NCBI GenBank assembly: GCA_051294375.1
Contig: CM119264.1
Span: 10,453,832 to 10,517,831 of the forward strand
Reading direction: 5' to 3'
Length of the DNA: 64,000 nucleotides
Origin: Paraspadella gotoi
Lineage: Eukaryota; Animalia; Chaetognatha
Below are positions 52,970 to 64,000 of the stretch, one piece after another. The position numbers and the translations under genes were made by a program. Under the pieces are notes generated by a model. It was given only the letters and a program-made list of their open reading frames with translations, did no database searches and was not told where the DNA came from. The stretch's first letter is position 1; each line of letters starts with the position of its first letter.

Positions 52970-54578
52970 AAGAGAGAGAGAGAGAGAGAGAGAAGCAACA
53001 ATGGAATTTTGGATCGGGTATTCGAATAAAAGGCTTTCAAAAGATTTCCATGAATGAATTTTTACGAACGTTAAAACGACCAATCTTTATGTATCAAAGA
53101 ACTTGGGCATAACCCACCCGAGGCGCGAAGGAATCCGTCATCTTGACCTCCACGCTTCTTCGCACCGAAGGACCTTTTTTGAAAAAAAATTCCGAGCAAA
53201 ACATTTCAACTAGAATATAAAAAATAATTTGTCTGGCACAATTTCAATCTGATTTCGTCAAATTCGATTTTTTTCTCGAACTCTTACCCTTGATGGTGTC
53301 AATCTCCTTGTTGCCTCCGTACCATGGGAAGTTTCTGCCGTCCGAGTCAGAGATCATTGGTTGGGTCTTTAGTTGAGGAAATTCCCAACTCGAAAAACCT
53401 TAATTGAATTTTATTGTCGAGGGGAGGGTTAGACTGCATTAATAAATATTTATCTATTTATTTCGTATAATAATGAAAAAAGTATTTTGTAATACAGTAC
53501 TCTCAACGGTCAAAAAAATTTGGGCCGCCCTTATTCAACCGCAAACTAGATCGTGGCGACGTCAGTTTATAAAAAAAAAAACTTTTTCTCGCTCTCGCTT
53601 TTGACGGCAGCGGCGCCGTAACGAATTTTCCCCGCGGTAGGACGGCGGCACCGCAGAGCGGCAAACCCGCGGCAACGGCGGCGGAACCGCGACGGGGGCG
53701 ACGGCGGCTGCCGGACGGCGAGTCCGCTGCCGCGACGAGCCGGCGACTGCGACGCAGCAACGCCGAGGCCGCAGCCGGCCCAACTGCGACGCGGTTCCGC
53801 TGCGATACCGCGGAGAATGTTTATCAGGGAGGGTTACGGTCGCAGAAGTTTTGGGGGAGAGAGGAGCAATGGGGAGGGGGAGGAGAGCGGAGATCCCTCG
53901 AAACGCGCGCACGCTTGCAGAGGAAAAAGGTGAGGAGCGCGATATGAGCAGGAGAGCGAGAGCGGAGAACCTGTTCAGAAACGAGTTTTTTGCTTTATCT
54001 CTCGAAAAACTATGAACGAACCCTGCGTGCCGTAAGTTATACGAAACTTCATGCTGCAACAGGCTTGGATCCAGCCAACCGTCCAGGATTCCGAAACTTC
54101 AAGACCTAGAAAAAAGTCAGAGAAGATTGAAGAAGTCACTAAAAAGATTACAGAATTTTCAAGGCTATCAGGATATCAAACTTTAGCACCGTTACAAAAT
54201 CAAATGATTTTATTTTTAAAATTAACGTTATCGTAATTTTGGTGGGTTATTTTTTTCGACCTTTCGGATTAAATATTTTTAGAACTCATGACTAAATTAA
54301 TATTTAAATCTAACTGAAAACCAGAAAGTCAATATTGATGCCTCTACTCGAGAACCGGGAAATGATATCCTGGCGGAAGCTTTGAAGGGCGGCGACTTGA
54401 AGACGACGATCGAAGGGTGTGACTCATCCAACATCAAGGGTCTGTCTTCGACTCGGGCGCGGATCTTCTCCACGAAGATGTCGTCGGCGCGTGCGCGGAG
54501 TCGCCCGTATCGAAAGTGGCGAGGATCCGATGGCTGGAGGCAGAGAGTGGGCGAAGTGGTTGTGTAGTTGGATGTTTT
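51697..54578 (-). CDS. FAM78: FAM78 family protein (5' exon(s) unresolved)
   Basis: Exons 54578-54356, 54105-54022, 53398-53288, 53173-53118, 52640-52439, 52108-51962, 51770-51697 join in phase. FKSPPFKASA, WTVGWIQAC, SSWEFPQL..ISDSDGRNFPWYG, VTW..LTRILRDQSFFTWLVA, QPEILSYNEPIP..HANEAQMLVWR and VVVPP match FAM78A/B motifs. Confidence 0.92.
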
Positions 54579-55044
54579 CTGGTTTTAATATTATCTTTGA
54601 AAACGTTTAAATAATATAGAAGCATTTTTTTAAAAAAATAAACGGCCTTATATAAATTCATAAAACATTAAATTATGTACTGCTTCATTGCGCCAATCCC
54701 TTTGTCTCAGAGGGGACACGCACCATACGTTCCATACACTAACGACATCCCTATGTGTAGGCATATGTTGCCATAGTACATCATTATATATTTTATCAAA
54801 CCTTTCATTCATGGCACATCGATCAAAAACAATAGAAATTTCAAGAGCTTATCGTGTATGAATGAGTGAAATAATTCTTTTATTCTTTCAGCTCTCTTCG
54901 CTCTTTAAAATCTGTCTTCAGTGTCCTTCTTTCTCTATATCAGTTGCCACGTCAACCCTTCATTTTCTTCTCAGCCTTGAAAGAACTCATTACGCTCGAC
55001 TTTCTTAATAATTTTTTTTTACTGCTAATGATTTATATATTCTC

Positions 55045-55356
55045 CTATGTCTCATCGATTTCTCGGACGACCAACAACGTCGCTGTTGTCGATGGACGCT
55101 GCAGTTTCGCCGGCTTCCTTCCCTTCGATGCCTCGTTCTCCTTAGCGGCGTCGTGTTCGAGGGATCTGCGGCGCCACGAATCCACGCGAGCCGGCGCCTC
55201 GGCCGTCTTGCGGCTCTGCTCGAACGCCCCGTAGCGCCGGGCGTCTCCGGCGCCGCACGCCCGTCCGACGCATCGTCCGGCGTCGATCTTGTCGAGGCCA
55301 GCGCCGATGAGAGTATGGCTCTCTCTCCCCAGCGACGAATTGAAAATCCTAGTCAT
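55045..55356 (-). other. GC-rich open frame, candidate first exon of the FAM78 gene
   Basis: 103-codon ORF with exon-like GC content just upstream of, and on the same strand as, FAM78. No convincing donor identified. Confidence 0.4.
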
Positions 55357-55797
55357 TTATTCTTTATATTTTTCATCCTAAACGAAAACTCTCAGCGTAA
55401 GGGGACGAATCGTGACAGACGAGGAAAGGACGGACTTTTTTTTCCCTCGATGAATAAAGCAATTAAATTAACTGAGCGAATGGGAGAAAACTAGAGAAGA
55501 AGAAAGGGGGAAAATAATTTCTAAAAAAAACAATATATATATTTTTCTTGCTTAAAGTTGCCTTTTAACATTTCCTACTTGTAATCTTTTTTGGGCGAAA
55601 AATTACTCACGCCCCTTGTGATTTTGTTGTCGAGCTCAAAGGTTGAGAATAGAATTCGTTCTCGATCTTTCTGTCCAATCATTCCTTCCCGCAGATTCGA
55701 AATCTGAAGCCTAAATTTGCAGTATATCTGAACCAAGAAAAGAAGCAACAAATTTTTTATAAATTAAATTAATCATAATAAATCATAATAAATAAAA

Positions 55798-58970
<3,173 letters not shown>

Positions 58971-59445
58971 AAAGTTTTGTTTACATCTTTAGTAAATGAA
59001 TTTTTTTTTCTTCGTTCAGTTCAATTAATCATTAAATTGCAAAAGCTAAATATTTATGTTTGCAGATATATAAAACCCAAATATATAATAAAAAGAAATC
59101 AAAGCAACATTTGTACAATCAATCAATTTGTCTGTATATTTTCTATTCAAGAAATAAAGAAATTAGAAATTCTCAGATAGAAGAGATAATAAGAGATAAC
59201 TAGAAGGTTGAAACTTAAGTTATAACCTTTCATTTCTCTATCACAAATTATCTTCTCACTTTCTCTTAGACTTAGTAGACTTGTTTATGATCTCTAAAAA
59301 AACGATTTGACTTATTCATTTTTTTTCTTTTATTTATGAGCTAAAAAGTGTTTTTAGCCAATTGAAAAACCTCAAGTAAAAAAGCAAAGTTTATTTTTTT
59401 AAATTTTTTTTCAATTTTTTTCAATATCTTGTGAGCGTCGATAAA

Positions 59446-60521
59446 ATGGTGAGCAAACATACTAACTCTAATGCTCCACTCAGTATTAGATAACTATCAA
59501 GATTTTAATTTATCTAATTTTTCTTACTCGCGAAAAGACCCAATACCCACCCCCAGCGGGCTACCCTCCTCCTCAGGGAGCCCCCCCTGGTTACCCCGCC
59601 CAACCCGGCGCCCCTCCGGGTTATCCCCCCCAAGGCTACCCCCCTCCTCAGGGTTATCCTGGTGCCCCTCCGCCTCCAGGCTATGGGCCACCCCCTGGAG
59701 TTCCGGGAGGCCCTCCACCACCAGGGTATCCCCCACCTCCTGGCTATCCTCCGCCTGCAGGTTTTCCAGGTGCCCCCCCAGGATATCCAATGGCTGGACC
59801 CCCTCCAGGCTATCCGCCACCTCCGGGTGGCTATCCAGCACCGATGGGCATGGGTGCCGGTTGCGCTCCTATTATCAACCCCTGCCTTCCACTGACTATC
59901 GCCATACCCGGAGGATTTGGAATTGGGAGAACAGTCGTTGTCAATTGCCAAATTAACAGTAAAGCTTGCAAGTAATTATTGAAAGGAAACGTTTACCCGT
60001 TTACTAAAAAGAAACATCATAAATTCTTCTATATAAATAAAATAGATTCAAGATTAATCTCCAATACGGCTGTTCAAGTTCCGCCGATATAGCGATCCAT
60101 TTCAACCCGAGATACGACGGTTGCGGCTATGTTGTGCTCAATACTAAAACCAACAACCACTGGGGGCGCGAAGAAAGATACCCAATGAATGGTGAGACGA
60201 AATATCTGTAGCTAATAAAAAAAAAATTTATACACAAACTTTTTTAAAAAAAATTAATATTATCAGGGTGCCTGAAAGCAAAAGGCAGTTATTTGGAAAT
60301 CCGAATCCTTTCCACGCCGCATGTAAACATCATACGCAATCTGAATAAATCTCCTACCTGCATAATAAATTGAATTTTGTGATCTCAAACGACAGGATTT
60401 TCATATTTTCGTGAACAACCAATTCTTCGCAGCCTACCATCACCGCATTCCACCCGCTCGATGCGTCGACACGCTTAATGTCGAGGGAGATATATGCGTA
60501 AGCAAAATAATGTTCCTGTGA
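59446..60521 (+). CDS. Chimera-type galectin (Pro/Gly/Tyr repeat domain plus one CRD), 5 coding exons
   Basis: ATG-only exon 59446-59448, then 59538-59971, 60046-60191, 60267-60322, 60396-60521. About 105 aa of (P)GYPPP repeats, then IPGGF..KFKINLQ..IHFNPRY..VVLNTK..WGREER..YHHRIP..VEGDI. Confidence 0.93.
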
Positions 60522-61454
60522 TTGATCAACCATCAAAGCTTTCAGTTTGAATATAAATAGCATTCTGCTGTCTGCCTGTCAGTTTGTTTATTCTTAGTAT
60601 AGCAGGGTGACGGCATTTCTAAATTATGCAATTAGCATTATCTTCTTAATTGAATCAAAAGTAAAAGAATGTAAAATAATAGCTACATTCTACAAGTTAA
60701 TATACCCTTGAACGAATCCAATTGAATATAATTGTAAATTTTTTTTCAATCTCCTATCTTTTCTTTTTCTTAACGGCATCGCATTTAGACTAAATTTTTG
60801 TATTAGATTTTCAACATGTAAAAAAATGTGTTCACTGTTGAACGAATAAAATGGGTCATACTCTCACAAATAATTTCTTCAAATGGTCTCATGAGTCATG
60901 AACCTGTACCCATCCGTATGATGTGAATAGGAATATCCAATGGAGTTTACATCATGACCTTTATTTCTATTGATACTTTCTTGAGCCTCATTGGATATTT
61001 TTTTTATTCCATTTGATTCTTCTAGTTATGTTATCAAAACGTCAGTAATCTAAACCTTAAAAAATTCAAGACTAAATTCATAACGTCAACATGCGTTCTC
61101 TGATTGGTCAATCTAATGCAATGGTGACTTTGAGCAGCTTTCCAGCTTTGACAGCTTTTAAACTCGAGTTATTTTAAATGCTGGAATATATGCTGAATTT
61201 AGACATATAGAAATTTTGCTGATTAATATTTCATAGTTCGTAAAATAAATCTATAAAACGTTTACTTTTTTAACAATAAATGTATTTTTTTTTTATTAAA
61301 CCGGATTCTATGCTTGCGCATCTTCCTCTTCTCGCTCCGCATGGTTAGCACTGTTTTCCCTCCTGCGACTTTTCCTCATCTTCTCCGCTCCTCTCTTCCT
61401 CCTGCTCTCGATTTAACGTTGATTTCCTCCTCGAGGCCAGCTCCCTGGCTGCTT

Positions 61455-61631
61455 TCAAGCCACTGCTTCTCCGCCCCGACGCACCTCTTCTTCCTCTTCC
61501 CTCTCTAATACCAAGAACACAGTCCTTAAAAAAGGACCTCCTTGGGACGCCGCCCCCTTCGGATGCTCTTTGTCTGCAGCTTTTTGGTTTCCTTTCAGTA
61601 CCTTCAACACTGCATCCCCTGAAGCAGCCAT
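61455..61631 (-). other. 58-codon ORF in a GC-rich island followed by AATAAA and an A-tract
   Basis: caaaATGGCT..MAASGDAVLKVLKGNQKAADKEHPKGAASQGGPFLRTVFLVLEREEEEEVRRGGEAVA*. No recognisable domain. Confidence 0.3.
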
Positions 61632-62223
61632 TTTGAATTATATTGAAAAATTTTGCCCAGAAATTTCGCCATATGCCCTATTTACTCGTCACCGCAGATT
61701 ACGTCACGGTGGTTGTTATTTTCAACTTACGGCGTCGTGTCGACTCCCAAAATGGTAAGATTGTATTCCCCCAACTAACTCTTAATCTATGAGCAACCGT
61801 ACGACAGTATCACGTCGGTCGGCTGCGTTGCGGAAGGGCCTACGCTGGGCAAGCAGCCGTTTGGCGCTGAGTCGTCCGCGAATTCAGCATTTTAAACTTA
61901 CCAAGTTCAAGGCGTCATTGAGCGCCTCTGAGGTTTTAGCTAAGGGACAGCGAGGAATTAGGAACTTTTGTAAAAACGTTTATTTACTATATTTATATTA
62001 TATATTAAATTTTACCTATTGGACGACCGAATCCGCTCATTTGTCGTCTTTTTGTCTTTGGAAAATTTTAGACATCTGTAGCGGCCAATGGGAATAGGAA
62101 GAGCAAGGTTTTTTAATAAAATTAACGTCCTATGGAAGAGGACGAAAAAAATAGAAGGATTCGGATATCATAATTTTAGTAGCTATATAGATATTAGTTA
62201 TTAGTTTATTATTATATAATTAT

Positions 62224-62403
62224 TTTTACTTTCGCCGACCGGGGTTAGGGAGGGGTTAGCGTTAGGGGTGGTTTAAGGTTAAGGGTGGTTAGGGTTATAA
62301 GGGTTTAGGGTAATTCGGTAATATTTTTAAAATTTTTTTTAAAAATAAGTATTTTTAAGTGGTTTTTCAAAAGCCGCCAAAACCGCGGTCGGCGAAAGTA
62401 AAA
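62224..62403 (+). mobile_element. MITE with 17-bp TIRs and internal TTAGGG-like repeats, copy 2
   Basis: ttttactttcgccgacc ... ggtcggcgaaagtaaaa are perfect inverted ends; interior ggggttaggg..gttaggggt..ggttagggtt..gtttagggt. Confidence 0.85.
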
Positions 62404-62499
62404 TTTAGTCATATAATTATATATTTAATTAAGGATTCATTTTTAAAACGTTGGTAATTATAGTAATTAAAAAAATTGTTTAAAATTAAATTTATGTTT

Positions 62500-62650
62500 A
62501 AGTTTAGGTTAGGGGTTTATTTAGGGTTAGAAATAATTTTAGGGTTAGGGATAAGTTTAGGATTAAGGTTAAGTTTAGGGTCACTGGTAAGTTTAAGGTT
62601 ATGGGTGAGTTTATGGCTAATGGTAAGTTTAAGGTTAGGAGTAAGTTGAA
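62500..62650 (+). repeat. Degenerate TTAGGG/TTAAGG-like hexamer array
   Basis: gtttaggttagggg..tagggttaggg..ttaaggttaagtttaggg; a complementary-type array lies at ~42300-42420. Confidence 0.7.
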
Positions 62651-63401
62651 AGTTATATAAAAATTAAAGTTAAAGGTAAATTAATTAATAAATTTTTGAA
62701 AATATTTTAAATTCGATTTTAAAAATAACAATATATATTTATATTATTTTGAAATAAAATATAAAATTTTTAATTATATTTTTAAATATTTATATAAAAA
62801 ATATAAAATATATTTATTTATCCACGTATTATTTATGAAAATTTTCAAAATTATTTTTCACTTTTTTATTTTTTTATTTAATCTATATTATTTAATTATA
62901 TATATTGCTCTTTTAAAAAAATTTTATCCATATTCGATATCATTGTTGTGACGTTCCTAATTATTCCTTTTGGTTAAAAAACGACCTTCGTTTTTTCTTT
63001 TCTTCTTTATTTTCCCCCAAGGCCACAGGAAATGTTTAAAATATACTAGCGCTTTCTTTTTTTTGCTAAGTTTAAATGATTTTGTTTAAAGATTTGGTAC
63101 AACTTAATATAAGAATTAAAAGAAATTCAAATTGAAAAAGTCAAACTCGGGAGATTTCTTTGGGGATTTACAACACCTGTTTTGTTACTTACTTGTTCAT
63201 ATGTGAACTTAGGTCAATTTTGATTATAATTCATTGAACCATTCGTCTTACCCAAGGTTATATAGTATAATTAATGTTTGAAAGGTTAATAAAGAACTAT
63301 TCTGATTTTTCTCAAACCCAAACCCAATTTAGTGAACTTCCACAACATGGCAACATAAACGTAGAAATCATAAAAACTGGTTCCTGCTAAGTTATATCAA
63401 A

Positions 63402-64000
<599 letters not shown>

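Noticed and set aside
59514-59951. Minus-strand and alternate-frame ORFs over the PGY repeats
   Set aside because: Shadow frames of the chimera galectin exon.

Overview
Eukaryotic (invertebrate animal-like) draft genomic DNA with several N-gaps, AT-rich introns, CpG-rich exons and dense AG/GAA/GAC microsatellites. Most entries in the supplied ORF track are microsatellite noise; the real genes are spliced and were rebuilt by hand. The first ~31 kb is gene-poor apart from a 3-exon GT10 alpha-1,3-fucosyltransferase that sits between two inverted copies of a repeat. From 31 to 64 kb the window is gene-dense: a sulfotransferase-fold protein (with a GC-AG intron), a D-amino-acid/D-aspartate oxidase with a tandem pseudogene, a candidate secreted Cys-containing peptide gene, a tetraspanin, a tandem-SPRY protein ending in a CaaX box, a FAM78 homologue, a tandem-repeat galectin, a galectin-3-like chimera galectin and the start of a C2H2 zinc-finger gene. 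Several MITE and DINE/HINE-like elements are also present. The most notable signals are window-wide relaxed splice sites, the apparent local origin of a chimera galectin, the predicted lipidated SPRY protein, and the hidden signal-peptide gene with in-frame UGAs. All calls rest on manual translation and remembered motifs; no searches were run.
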